Assembly (NCBI GenBank): GCA_951406725.2
Contig: OX597814.1
Coordinates: 191,642,001 to 191,706,000, forward strand
Length of the DNA: 64,000 nt
DNA from: Octopus vulgaris
Lineage: Eukaryota
Reading direction: 5' to 3'
Below, piece by piece: positions 50,068 to 64,000 of this stretch. Made by a program: the position numbers and the translations under genes. Position 1 is the stretch's first letter. Every line of letters starts with the position of its first letter. The notes below the pieces were generated by a model. That model was not told where the DNA came from. It made no database searches and saw only the letters and a list, made by a program, of their open reading frames with translations.

Positions 50068-50187
50068 ATTTATATTAAGGGCATTACTATACACAAATGC
50101 CTCACGCTAGGAGGGTCTCTTAAAGTCAACTTTAAGAGTCCCTTCTAGCATGAGGCATTTATGTATAGTAATGCCCTTAATATAAAT
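50068..50187. repeat. Long imperfect palindrome (~58-bp arms)
   Basis: Centre ctcttaaag-tcaa-ctttaagag. Confidence 0.92.
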
Positions 50188-50593
50188 ATATATATACACA
50201 CACACATGTATGCGTGTGTATGTATATGTATATACATATATATACAGATTATATCATACACACAACACACTCACACAAACATATCATTGCTATTATGTTA
50301 AACTGTTGTATGTCCAAATTTGGCCAAATGCATTTTTTTCAGTATGCATTTCTGCTTACCATAGCTGGTTTTTTTGGTCAAACTATCGTATCTCCAGCTG
50401 CTTCAGATGCCAAGATATCAAAAATTGTCAAAGTGTAGTACAATGGTTTTGCTATAAAATGGTGAAACTATTTTTATGTTTTCTGAAATAGCAATATTTT
50501 GGACTTATGACACTTTTGCATAACAGCAATGATATATATATATATATATATACATACACACACACATATAAAGATATATATATACATATATAA

Positions 50594-50645
<52 letters not shown>

Positions 50646-50674
50646 ATATATTTATGTCTGTATATGTGCGAGTG

Positions 50675-50706
<32 letters not shown>

Positions 50707-50823
50707 TATATATATAAAGATATATATATATATACATACATACATATACACACATATATATATATATAAAGATATATATATATATACATACATATATATA
50801 TATATATAAAGATATATATATAT

Positions 50824-50924
<101 letters not shown>

Positions 50925-51077
50925 CATATATATACATATATATATATAGATTAATAGATAGATAGATAGACTGATATTATAGATATATAGTTCGATACAT
51001 ACATACACACATATATGCTTACATAAATTTGTATATGTATTATGTATGTATGCATGTATATCTGTGTGTGAGTTGGT

Positions 51078-51286
51078 GGGGGGATGCTGCAAAGTTCCTG
51101 GCTTTAAGGGTATCGTAAAAAGTCTGGTTGGAGGCCCAACCTTCTGAGTTCTTTTAGTAAAATGGAAGGACCACTGCAATAAGTGTGTGACTCTGAGTGG
51201 GGAATATATTGAATAGAATCATAATCGACTGATCTTACTGTATTTTCTTTTACCCAAAGCTAGAAACTTTCCAGCTTCGCAACCCC
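51078..51286 (+). mobile_element. Mariner-derived MITE
   Basis: Same TIRs; retains the transposase C-terminal remnant [12 protein letters not shown]. Confidence 0.75.
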
Positions 51287-51519
51287 ATATATATGTGTGT
51301 GTGTATATATATGTAAATCAACCAGAGGCCTCAAAAAGACATTTTAAGATCCATAAAGATCAGAACTTATCTGCAGCTCTTGGTGGTCCAAATTGGATAT
51401 GCAATCTACGTGGGTGCCTTTTCAGAACATTGTCTGGTTTAAAAAGCCACATCAGATGCCATGATGTTTCTAAGGTGTAGGTACAGGAGGTGGTCAGACT
51501 CTGCATAAGGAGCAGACAA

Positions 51520-51564
<45 letters not shown>

Positions 51565-52006
51565 ATATAAAATTGAATAAGGATAGAAATTGATATTAAT
51601 CAATTAAAAACAGTGGCCTAGCATATTAAAAAAATCTGAAGATTAAAATATTATTTACATACAAAATTTAAAGGATTGACCACTAAAAGTGGACAGTCAG
51701 TATGCTAGATATAGACGTCAAAATCGCTATTTTCCATGAAGAATGTGTTCTCAAGAAAAAACTCAGCAAAAAACCAATAAGCAAGACAAATGAAAATATA
51801 CGAAATCAATATATATATATATATGGCATTCGCCATGACAGATCACTAGCCACTACCCATTCTTTATTTTCTCTCCTTGTTTCTTTCTGTGGAAGAGCAT
51901 AGACTTGGAACGTTAAGGACTTTTTCACTTCCTGAGCATTAAACTAATACATCTGTTTGTTGTCTATACCACCTGTCTTTGTCTTTTGTTTTTTGTGAAT
52001 TCTCCC

Positions 52007-52109
<103 letters not shown>

Positions 52110-52465
52110 TTGAGTAGTTGAATGAATTATCTTATTAAGGATATTCGAATTAACCGATACCTGGGTAGCAAATTCACATCAGAAAAAACACGGTTGAAGT
52201 TACGTGCCTAGGGCATAGATTACGTGCTTTCGTGTGGAAATTTGTATGTTTATTCCTTCGCAATTAGGAATATGCAGCCTTCGAAACACATGTTGAAAAT
52301 AAAGGAATTTTGTTAATTCGTCGTTCAGCTCCATTCTTTCATATATTTACAATTTTATGTATGTATATATATATATATTTGTTTTTTAGAATAAATTTTG
52401 ACTGGCCACCTATTTGGTAGCAAGGTTGTGAAGGAAATTGTCTTGTTTTGTTCACCATTCTTTAA

Positions 52466-52685
52466 CACCTTTCAGACCAACCTGACCGAAACTGTCTGAC
52501 TCTGTAATACAAATGTCTTGTTTTCAAATGTTTTGAATTAAAATCTTCCCCCAAACCTTAGTCACAATTTATGTTCCTAACACTAGCTTAATGATAACAA
52601 ATTTATTTTACTAAATTCTTTGTTATATTTAAAATTAATTGAAAGAAACACTGAGCATCTCAAAATAAATATGGTAACAAAAAGG
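52466..52685. mobile_element. piggyBac-type MITE, second copy
   Basis: TTAA flanks; homologous to 41542-41759. Confidence 0.82.
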
Positions 52686-53379
52686 TTAAATCTTAAGTAG
52701 GTCTTACAGATTTTTATAGTCCCGTATATCATTATCTGTCTTTCTGTCTGTCTGTTAAACACCTACTTACATATATGCATACATAAATACACCCACATAC
52801 ATATCACATGTTCCACATGATTGATAGAAGCGATGAGAGTGGAAATTATGACAATGATAAAGAGGAAATGTTATAGCATGTCACACTCTGTTGTCTTTGG
52901 CTGAAAAAAAAACTGAATGATAAAAAGAATTCCATTTATTACTATGTTACATATTTTTTAAAATCCTAAGCATAGTGTTTACAGGACTACATTCTTGACT
53001 CCCTTTTCTTTTGTTTTTTAACATTGGGATAAGATTTGAGAGAAATATGACTGCTACTTCTTGCAAGTCGAATGACCATATAGAGAGACTCCCTCATTGG
53101 CTCACACTATTTCAACATTAAGCTATTCTATTTCATACTGTTTCTACATTATAGCTATAATTGTTTTGTCTTTGCTAAACACAGCTAGTGCCAATATTTT
53201 CAATGTAGTGATGTATACTCTGTGTATTGTAGTTTTCAGCAGCAGCATGTTATGTCTCTGTTTGCTGTAAGGAAGGATAACAGGCAGTAAAATACTGTTT
53301 CAAAATATCCTGTTCAACCCATGCCAGCATGGAGAAGCATATCCACATCATTCTTCCACTCTATATATTATGCACTTAA

Positions 53380-53692
53380 GCAAGGTCGTTGCCAGTGGCA
53401 AAAAAACATTCGAGTGAGGACGTTGCCAGTGCCGCTGGACTGACTCCTGTGCTGGTGGCACATAAAAAGCACCATTTGAGCGTGGTCGTTGCCAGTGCCG
53501 CCTGACTGGCCCTCGTGCTGGTGGCACATAAAAGCACTGTCTACACTCTCGGAGTGGTTGGCGTTAGGAAGGGCATCCAGCTGTAGAAACTCTGCCAGAT
53601 CAGATTGGAGCCTGGTGCAGCCATCTGGTTTGCCAGACCTCAGTCAAATGGTCCAACCCATGCTAGCATGGAAAGCGGAAGTTAAACAATGA
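53380..53692 (+). mobile_element. RTE 3' UTR fragment
   Basis: Same 3' UTR consensus. Other diverged copies at ~19500-19780, 24380-24845, 28881-28950, 32100-32270, 36958-37105, 45840-46277, 53700-53860, 53927-54050 and 59710-59890. Confidence 0.85.
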
Positions 53693-54562
53693 CACATATA
53701 CACATCATCTTCATCATCATCATTTAACGTCCATCTTCCATGCATGCTTGGGTAGGGCTGTTCAGAGGAGCTGGCTGAGTAGAAAAACTACCCTATGCTA
53801 CTGTGTCTGTTTTGGCAGGGTTTTTACAGCTGGATGCTCTTCCTAACACCAACCACTCTGCAAACCCATGAAAAATGAAACTCCAGCAACTATTCTGCTT
53901 ATATATCTGTGCACACCTTTCAATGCCATCATCATCATCATCATCATTATCCTTTAACGTTCGCTTTCCATGCTGGCATGGGTTGAATGATTTGACAGAT
54001 GACTGGCGAACCAGATGTCTGCACCAGGCTCCAAACTGATCTGGCAGAGTTTCCTGTATGTCATAAGGTTTGCAATTCTAACAGAGACCTTGAAAGTCAT
54101 TTTAATATCCACAAAGATCAGAACCTACTAGTAGCTCTTGGTGGTCCAAATCAGATATACAATCTATGTGGGTATCTTTACAATATATTGTCTGGTTTAA
54201 AAAGCCACATCTGATGCCATGATGGATCTAAGGTGTAGGGACAAGAGGTGGTCAGACTCGCATAAGGAGTAGACAAACACTGTATATATTATATACAGTT
54301 GTGGCCAAAAGTTCTGTAGAGGAATCTGCATCGCTACTGACATCTAGTGGGGGGATAAAGAGGGGATGAGAAGAATATCCATACATAAAGTACAGACGTG
54401 GCTGTGTGGTATGAAGCTCGTTTCCCAACCACATGGTCCAGGGTTCAGTCTCACTGCATGGCACCTTGGGCAAGTGTCTTTTACTATAGCCTGAGACCAG
54501 CCAAAGCTTTGTAAGTGAATTTGATAGACAGAAGAAAACAGTCGTATGTATGTTTATATATA

Positions 54563-54729
54563 TAGGCGCAGGAGTGGCTGTGTGGTAAGTAGCTTGCTAA
54601 ACAACCACATGGTTCCGGGTTCAGTCCCACTGCGTGGCATCTTGGGCAAGTGTCTTCTGCTATAGCCCCGGGCCGACCAATGCCTTGTGAGTGGATTTGG
54701 TAGACGGAAACTGAAAGAAGCCTGTCGTA

Positions 54730-54790
<61 letters not shown>

Positions 54791-54985
54791 CTGTGTTTGT
54801 CCCCCTAGCATTGCTTGACAACCGATGCTGGTGTGTTTATGTCCCCGTCACTTAGCGGTTCGGCAAAAGAGACTGATAGAATAAGTACTGGGCTTACAAA
54901 GAATAAGTCCCGGGGTTGATTTGCTCGACTAAAGGCAGTGCTCCAGCATGGCCGCAGTCAAATGACTGAAACAAGTAAAAGAGTA
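54563..54985 (+). mobile_element. SINE family 1, full length, young subfamily
   Basis: Consensus match with CpGs retained. Confidence 0.9.
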
Positions 54986-55339
54986 TATGCATGTATGTAT
55001 GTGTGTGTGTGTGTGTGGGCATGCATGTGTCTGTTTTTGTGATACACACACACACACACACCCACCAGCACCACCACTTGACAACTGGTACTGGTGTGTT
55101 TATGTCCATGTAACTTAGCAGTTTGGAAAAAGAGATCAATAGAATAAGTACCACGCTTTTAAAAAATAAGTATTGGGGTTGATACATTTAATGAAAATTT
55201 CTTCAGGGTTGTGCTCCAGCATGGCTGCAGTCCAATAACTAAAGCAAGTAAAAGATAGGTATGTGTGTGTATGTGTGTGTGCATGTGTGTGTGTGTGTAT
55301 TTTTTGAAGAGAGATCGTATTTCCATTTGTCTTCCCCTC

Positions 55340-55573
55340 TTTTACGCTTTTACTCTTTTACTTGTTTCAGCAATTTGACTGTGGCCATGCTGGAGCACCG
55401 TCTTTAGTTGAGCAAACTGACCCCAGGACTTATTCTTTGTAAGCCTAGTACATATTCTATCGGTTCCTTTTGCTGAACTGCTAAGTTACGGGGATGTAAA
55501 TACACCAGCATCGGTTGTCAAGCGATGTTGGGAGAACAAACACAAACACACAATCATATACACACACACATAC

Positions 55574-55616
<43 letters not shown>

Positions 55617-55805
55617 TGTATATATATATACATATACATATATATGATGGGCTTCTTTCAGTTTCCGTCTATCAAATCCACTCACAAGGTTTTGGTCGGC
55701 CCGAGGCTATAGTAGAAGACACTTGCCCAAGGTAACACACAGTGGAACTAAACCAGGAACCATGTGGTTGGTAAGCAAGCTACTTACCACACAGCCGCTC
55801 CTATG
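55340..55805 (-). mobile_element. SINE family 1, full length
   Basis: Consensus match. Partial copies also at 132-270, 7815-8030, 23157-23320, 37123-37290, 43335-43536, 54394-54545 and 55060-55255. Confidence 0.88.
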
Positions 55806-56022
55806 CCCGTGTTATTGGTTGTAAATGATGGCCTCACAGTTCATGAAGATAATGTCGTTTGCTTGCAGTTCTCTGTGAAAGCATGTCTAGGCTTCTTGGA
55901 CAAATCTTAAACATGTTGGAAGATCTTTGTAAACAAATTAATTATTCATCTGCCGATGCTCGTTCACTGTTCTCCATGTAAGCATGCCTTGATTGTGTGT
56001 TTGCATGATAAACTGGAAGATT

Positions 56023-56290
56023 CACCACCACCACCACCACCACCACTACCACCGTTGCCGCCACCACCACAACCACCACCCCACCGACACCACTACCACC
56101 ACCACCACCAACACAAACGCCACCACCACCACCACCACCGACACCACCACTACCACCACCGACACCACCACCATCACCACCGACACCACCACTACCACCA
56201 CCGACACCACCACCATCACCACCGACACCACCACCATCACCACCACCACCACCACCATCACCACCACCGACACCACCACCACCACTACTG
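56023..56290. repeat. (ACC)n-derived microsatellite
   Basis: Direct reading; internal higher-order unit accgacaccacc. Confidence 0.95.
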
Positions 56291-57012
56291 TCGTCGTCAT
56301 TTAACGTCCACCTTCCATGCTACCATGGGTGGGGCAGTGTCACAAGAGCCGGCCAGGCAGAAGTCTGCAACACACTTCTGTGACTGTTTTGGCAGGATTC
56401 TTTGCAGCTGGATGTCCATGCTAGGAAAGAAACTGGAGTTGGCATCAGGAAGGACATCCAGATGTAGAAACTCTGTCCTCATGTACTCTTGTCTGACCCA
56501 TGTAAGTGTAGAAATGTAAGCTTTAAAACAATGATTACAATGATAATATATATATGTGTATGTATGTATATGTCCATGTATGTATATTTGCATGTCTGTC
56601 TGTATGTGCAAATGTGTATAGGTGTGTGTGTGAGTATGTGTGTCAGAATGTGTGTGTGTGGTAGAATCTTCGTGAGAGCATGTGTGTGTGAGTGTATGTG
56701 CATGTGTGTGTATGTGTGCATGTGCGTGCACATGTTCGTGTGCAAGCAATAAGAACTGAACCAATTATCATTGCCTGAATCGTATTTAGATAATGAACGA
56801 AGAAATCATGTAGAGGCTCCCTTAATGATAAAATTCTGAATGATAAAGTTGATGTTGGTGAAGACATTATTGAAGAGTTCCTCTACAAGGGAAATAAGAC
56901 ACTAACCTCTAATGTTTTAGTGGTCCATTTTGTTTTGTTTTCACTTATTAAAACAAAACAATGAAAATGGGAACAATTTAACATTTATAGTTGTTGATAT
57001 ATAGAGTCTGGT

Positions 57013-57385
57013 AAGGTGGTGAGCTGGCAGAAATGTTAGTACACTGGGCAAAATGCTTAGCAGTATTTCATCTGTCTACGTTCTGAGTTCAAATTCTGCT
57101 GAGGTCGACTTTGCCCTTCATCCTTTTGGGGTCGATTAGATAAGTACCAGTTATGCACTGGGGTCGATGTAATCGACTTAATCCGTGTGTCTGTCTTTGT
57201 TTGTCCCCTCTGTGTTTAGCCCCTTGTGGGTAGTAAAGAAACAGGTATTTCATCTATCTACGTTCTGAGTTTAAACTCTGCTGAGGTCAACTTTGCTTTT
57301 CATCCTTGCGTACTGGGGTCGATCTTCTACTGGCCCCACCTTTCCCAAAATTTTGAGCCTTGTGCCTAGAGAAGAAAAGAATATG
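57013..57385 (+). mobile_element. SINE family 2 dimer (second unit headless, variant tail)
   Basis: TSD TAGAGTCTGGT at 57002-57012 and 57386-57396. Confidence 0.85.
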
Positions 57386-57438
57386 TAGAGTCTGGTGACA
57401 TTGTTCATTGATAAATTGATGTCTTGAGTTCAAATCTT

Positions 57439-57852
57439 CTTTACTGCCCACAAGAGGCTACACACAGAGGGGACAAACATGAACAGACAAAGGGATTAAG
57501 TCGATTATATTAACCCCAGTGCATGACTGGTACTTATTTAATCGACCCAGAAAGGATGAAAGGCAAAGTCGACCTTGGTGGAATTTGAACTCAGAACATA
57601 GTGGCAGATGAAATACCTATTTCTTTAACTACCTACAAGGGGCTAAACACAGAAGGGACAAACAAGGACAGACAAACGGATTAAGTCGATTACATCGACC
57701 CCAGTGCATAACTGGTATTTAATTTATCGACCCTGAAAGGATGAAAGGCAAAGTCAACCTCGGCGGAATTTGAACTCAGAACGTAGCGGCAGACGAAATA
57801 CCGCTTAGCATTTCGCTCGGTGTGCTAACGTTTCTGCCAGCTCACCACCCTA
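57439..57852 (-). mobile_element. SINE family 2 dimer
   Basis: TSD TCTTGAGTTCAAATCTT at 57422-57438 and 57853-57869. Other diverged family-2 copies at ~58085-58220 and 63030-63210. Confidence 0.9.
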
Positions 57853-58249
57853 TCTTGAGTTCAAATCTTGCCAAAGGCATTGTATTATGCTTTTAATCCT
57901 TTTGATATCAATCTGCCTGAGACTAACCCACACTTGGTTCTATGATACAAACTTTTTGCTTTAAAATTATCTAAATTAAAATCATTCATCAAAATTTCAT
58001 GCTAATTTACATTCCAGACACCAGCTCGATAATTGTATAAGTTCAGCAATTTTTGTGGTGGGTGGTTTCTTTGATTACATTGAGCCAAGTACTTGACTGG
58101 TACTTCATTTTTATCAACCCCAGAGGAATGAAAAACAAAGATGATCTAGGTGGGACTCGAACACAGAAGAAATTCCACAAAGCATTTTGATCAATGCACT
58201 AATGATTCTGCCAAGCTCATGGCCAAGATTAATAATGACAAAGTCAAGA

Positions 58250-58286
58250 CTATTGAAAAGGTTGCAAGACGCAACGAAAATTTTAG
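58250..58286 (+). ncRNA. Minimal hammerhead motif, U3-A8 variant
   Basis: cta-TTGAAAA-G-GTTGC aagac GCAAC-GAA-AATT-T-tag. Confidence 0.55.
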
Positions 58287-58644
58287 GAAAATAAATAGAC
58301 GAAATTAGTGGAAATTTTACCGGTGAGTGTGTTAAATAATAAGGTACTACAAGAGAATGACTCTCCCCAGACACAACAGAATAACAAAGTGTCTAACTAA
58401 ATTCTATTACTATTTTTTAAATTAATCGAATCAAAGGCAGAAAATGTTAATCGCAGAACAATATATTCCTTCCTTGTGCCATTGTTGTTGTTCTTCTTGT
58501 TGTTTAGACTTCAGATCAGCCTTGATCGTGTAGATCTATGATCAAAGATGTTCCCCCTATAAGCATTCTATCTTTTCTCTAGATGCTATGAATACAATAC
58601 CACATTATCCAAATGACTTTTCTTTCCCTTTCCTTTTCCCAAAT

Positions 58645-59195
58645 CTGGCAAACCAAGTGAGACCATAACCTCGTGGCCTATGCCAGGGGTGTAACCAGCC
58701 CACTTATGCATACCTTTTCTTCATTGGGCACTAAACTCTACTTGCGAAGACCTGTTGAGGCAAGTGAAATTGAAATCAAATTCGATGACTGGCATCCGTG
58801 CTAGTGGATTGCTAAGAACACCATCCGAGTATGATCATTGCCAGAGCAGCTTCCATGCCACATAAAAAGCACCATTCAAGTGTGATTGTTACCAGTGTCG
58901 CCAGTGAAAAAACATTCGAGTGAAGTCATTGCCAGTGCCGCTGGACTGGCTCCTGTGCAGGTGGCACATGAAAACATAGCCGTTACCAGTACTGCCTGAC
59001 AGGCCCTTGTGCCGGTGGCACTTAAAAGCACCCACAACACTCTCAGAGTGGTTGGTGTAAGGAAGGGCATCCAGCTGTAGAAACTCTGCCAGATTAGATT
59101 GGAGCCTGGTGCAGCCATCTGGTTCACCAGTCCTCAATCAAATCGTCCAACCCATGCTAGCATGGAAAGCGGATGTTAAACGATGATGATGATGA
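58645..59195 (+). mobile_element. Truncated RTE 3' end, related subfamily
   Basis: End of ORF plus 3' UTR similar to the reverse complement of 900-1510; (GAT)n tail. Confidence 0.8.
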
Positions 59196-60527
59196 GGTGT
59201 AATTTGATGAAAATTTCACTCTTATTTCTAGCAGGTCGTTACCTAGTCATGAAGCATTACACACTCTATATGCATATGGTTCAATGGCATCATCCATACA
59301 GCTTCGTTCTACTTTGACTCCAGCCAAACATAAAACTGAAACACATACCAAGAGATTAGAGAATGCTTATGACGTTGTCTGGCTGAGAATAATTTATGTA
59401 ACTAAAGCAAAAATGAGCTAAGGAATAACTCAGAGTGGTCAGTGGTATGAATTTAGACAACAAAATTAAGAAATATATACCATATATAAATATAAATATA
59501 TGTATATATACAGGTGGGTGGACAAATGAAAGGAAGAGGCACTCAACACATTTAGTTGGCATTACATGTAATATTATTTGAAATAGTTTGATTTGGCCCC
59601 TTGCAACTTAAAATTTTTGTAGGTTTCTAACAGAAATATAGGTCACAGGGCTTAGTTATGATGATAATGAAGATGGTGATGATTATGATGATGATATATC
59701 CTCATTATTATCATCATCATTTGATTTCTATTTTCCATGCTGGGAGGAATTGGATTGTAGCAGAACTGGTAAGTCAGCAGACTGCACCAAGCTCTGCTGT
59801 CTGCTTTGGTATAGTTTTTATAGATATATGTACTTCTTAATGCCAACCACCTGACAGAATGTACTGGGTGCTTTTCATGTGACACCAGCACTCCCCCACT
59901 CACCTCAACTGAGTGGTGGGAGTAATATTTAGGAAGGTAGCTTTGTACCAGATGAGAGGTTTGAGTAGAGGTACAGAAATAGGTATCTGCAGTAAAGAAG
60001 ATACATGACTCCCTTTGTTGGGGAGAAAGAGGAGAAGGAGAAAAGAAACTGAGAAAGATGTATCAAGATAGAGGATTGAAAGAAGATTTTTGGTCAACTC
60101 AGTCTCTTGCTAATCTGAGTTTCATCCGTAGGTGCAGAGGATCTCCAGGTAATCACAAATTGTCTGAAGATTCTCTGCCCCTACAAGTGAAACTCAGTGT
60201 AGCAAGAGACTGACTCGGCCAAAATAAAATATTATTAATCTCTATCATGGCATTCAGTACACGTTTTTTCCAACAGTTCTCTCTCTCTCTTACTCTCTCA
60301 ATGTTTTTAATAGCAAGGAACATAACACTAAACTTAATACCCTGCTTCATTCGTTTCATCATCTTTTTCACAGCAATCCAATGTGGATGTGTCTATTCAC
60401 CTTCAACAATAGAGAGCAGCCACCATATTTCATTCCTTAATGGCTTCCTCTGAAGAGCGCAGGGTAACATAATCACACTGCTACCTGATCAGCTGTAATG
60501 GAAATATAGTACTGTACACTTTGATTA

Positions 60528-60561
<34 letters not shown>

Positions 60562-61060
60562 GTGTATATGTATATATACATATATATATGCATTTATACA
60601 TATATATACATATATATATGTGTATTTAAACATATGTATATATACATATATACATATATATATATATATATGTATATATACATTAAGTTAGACATGGCCT
60701 GGGCCAATACTGGCCAAAAACCTTTCTAAGTTATTCTAAGTTATATATATACATATATATATGTATATATACATATATACATATATATATATGTATATAT
60801 ACATATATATGTATATATACATACATATGTATATATATATACATACATATGTATATATATATACATATGTATATATATATACATATATATATATATACAT
60901 ATATACATGTATATATATACATATCTATATACATATATACATGTATATATATATACATATAGATATATATACATATATACATGTATATATACATATCTAT
61001 ATACATATATATATATGTATATACATAAACACTTAAGCCTACACATGGGCATATATATAA

Positions 61061-61091
<31 letters not shown>

Positions 61092-61307
61092 ACACACACA
61101 TATATAAACATGTATATTTATATATACAATATATTTATATAATACTTATATATAATATATATATATATACATATGATATGTATATATATTATATATATAA
61201 TATATATGTATATATATTATATATATAATATATATGTATATACTATATATATATATCATATATATGTATATATGTATATCACATATATATATACATATCA
61301 TATATAC

Positions 61308-61357
<50 letters not shown>

Positions 61358-61809
61358 AGTAATATTTATTGTAGTTATAAGATAAAAGGTATATTCATTC
61401 AATAAATGGGATTTTTTTTAATGTTTCTCTGTTTTGCTAGGTATATATGCATGTATCCATTTCTTGGAGGGATAGATGAAAAGCATGGTGTTTGTATGAT
61501 GGCAAAAACGTGATGAGTATTGAGTTTATATTCTATCAATTGTGTGGTTTTCATGTAGACTGCGTAAAGTTCCCGAAGGACTATAAAACGGAAATGAAAA
61601 CAGCAATTATCTTTGCAAGATAAAATATATTAAAAAAAAAAAAAAAAAGCAAAAACAATGAAGAGTTGCTAGGGGATTGTTGAATGGAGGAAACATCAAC
61701 CGATATTGTTGTAGTGACTCACAGAGACCTCAGATGTCATGATGTGATAGCATTGGACAGCGTTCATAGAGAAAGTAGGAATATGATAATCACGGTCTGG
61801 ATCTGGATG

Positions 61810-62560
61810 GCAGTGACGATTACGACGATGATTATGATGATGATGAATATAATGATGATAGTGATGATGATTACGATGAAGGTGATGACGATTACGACAA
61901 TGATTATGATGATGATGATGATGAATATAATGATGGTGATGATGATTACGATGATGGTGATGATGATTATGATGATGATGATGACGGTGATGATGATGAA
62001 GATGGTGATGATGATGATGATGGTGATGATTACGATGATGATAATGGTGATGATGATCATGATGATGATGATGATGGCGATGTTGAGGATGATGGTGATG
62101 ATGATGATGAAGATGATGGTGGTGGTGGTGGTAGTGATGATGGTTGATGGTTATGATGATGGTGGTGGTGGTGTGGTGGTGGTAGTGATGATGGTTGATA
62201 GTTATGATGATGATGATGATGATAATAATGTTGATGATGATGGTGATGATGTTGATGGAAATGTTGAAGAGAATGATGATGATGATGATGATGATGATGG
62301 TGATTGGTGGTAATGAAGATGATGATGATGATGACAATGATGATGATAACAATGATGACGATGACAATGATGATGATGATAGGGGTGATAGTGACGGTAG
62401 TCATCATCATCATCATCGTCAATGATCTCTTCCTCTTCCTTTTCACCACCACTACCATCATGATGATGATCATCATCATTCTTTTCCTCTATCATGATTC
62501 GCTTCCTCTCAATCTCCTCCTCCTTCTTACACACCATCATCATCATCATCATCATTGCTA
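61810..62560. repeat. (GAT)n/(CAT)n degenerate microsatellite
   Basis: Direct reading. Confidence 0.95.
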
Positions 62561-62952
62561 CAATCAGTGAACTAACAATGGTACCACTGCCATGCTCTTT
62601 GGTCCAATCAGAAAGAGACTGGACAGTTTTGTATGGGATGCTTTTCGTTACATATTTTCCTAATCAGACCAGACCTGGGGTTTAACCAAGACCACCACCA
62701 CCACCACCACCATGACGATTCCTTATTAACTCCAGTCTTCAGAATAACTATTTTAAACATTACCATCATTTTCACCATCTTCATCATTATCTCATTATCA
62801 TCATCATTACTGTAATCACAGTCTTTGTCATCATCATCAGATCATTAGTAAACCTCATTATCGGCATCATTATAATTATCATCATCACCCTCATTATCTT
62901 AAATACTAACACCACCACCATCACCACCACTACTACCACTACCACCACCACG

Positions 62953-63002
<50 letters not shown>

Positions 63003-64000
63003 CGCTACCGTTATTATCATCATTTATTAAGCATGCTGGTTGAAATGCTTAGCGGTATTTTGTCTGTCTTTACATTCTGAGTTCAAATTCCACTGAGGTC
63101 GACTTTGCCTCTCACCCTTTTGGGGTCGATAAAATAAGTATCAGTGGATAATTGATTAATCGTGTAATCCCCTTTCCAAAATTTCAGATCTTGTACCTAT
63201 CACAGAAAGGATTATTATTAATATTATTGTCATTGTTGTTGTTGTTATTATTTTTGATTGATTTGATCCAAGTTCAGTATTGGCATAAGGAAGCAATGCC
63301 CGAAGGTAAGAAGATCAGATTATTGTGGTTAATCTTCATCAGTAATTCTTGCAGACTTGTAACAAGATAGGAACATAAATAGGCATGGATTTTCAGTTGA
63401 AGTTTTATTTTCTGTTTTGAGTCAGACTAATTCTACCAAACCAAAGTACAAACTCTTGTATTCTTTCTTTTACATTCTGTTGTGTCTGGAGAGAGTCATT
63501 TTCTTTTTGTGCCTTATAATGTAACACACCCACTGGTAAAATATCCACTTATTTCTTATTTTTATTTTCCTAAAATTTCTTTTACACTTATATATCTTTT
63601 ATTCCTTGCGCTGCAGCCATAACGAGGTACTGCCTTAACAAGCTTTGATTAATCATATCAACTCCAGTACTCATTGATATCTATTTGTCAAACTGCTAAG
63701 TCATGGGACATGCACATAGAGCACAGTTTTTCAAGCAGTGTCAGTATGAAGACAGATTTGGAAGCAGTCTTGGCAACACACAACTTTTGAGTCAAGAGAG
63801 ATTAGTGTTTGCTCGAGGATTAATGGGAATATTTTAAGCTTTTCCCCATCTGGCTTGGATTTGGGATGGTGCTACCATTGACAACTGATATTAGATTAAT
63901 CTTGTTTTATCACTGATAAGATTTCCCTAGTCATTTAGGACTTGCTTGACCTGCTAGAAACAATGTCATTAACAGACGTGCTAAAAGTGGTCTGACATCA

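Overview
AT-rich animal genomic DNA that is almost entirely transposon- and microsatellite-derived. The SINE repertoire and extreme microsatellite density suggest an octopus or other coleoid cephalopod (inference). No host gene could be identified; there is one plausible isolated exon at 40263-40448. Main contents: a near-intact RTE-clade LINE (897-5197, minus) with APE endonuclease, RT and a PHD-type finger inside the RT region, broken by one +1 homopolymer frameshift; many truncated copies of its 3' UTR; three tRNA-headed SINE families; decayed Penelope-like elements (PLEs); mariner, piggyBac, hAT and Helitron non-autonomous elements; and a solo LTR. Most of the listed ORFs are microsatellite or SINE artefacts. 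Most interesting signals: (1) several unrelated minimal hammerhead ribozyme motifs whose normally conserved C3-G8 core pair is swapped to U3-A8 or G3-C8; (2) a tandem array of compact H-type pseudoknots in the RTE 3' UTR; (3) a candidate retained intron and the PHD finger in the RTE; (4) SINE multimers joined at a self-target motif; (5) recurrent asymmetric fold-back hairpins in (TA)n tracts. All coordinates were read by eye and repeat boundaries are approximate.
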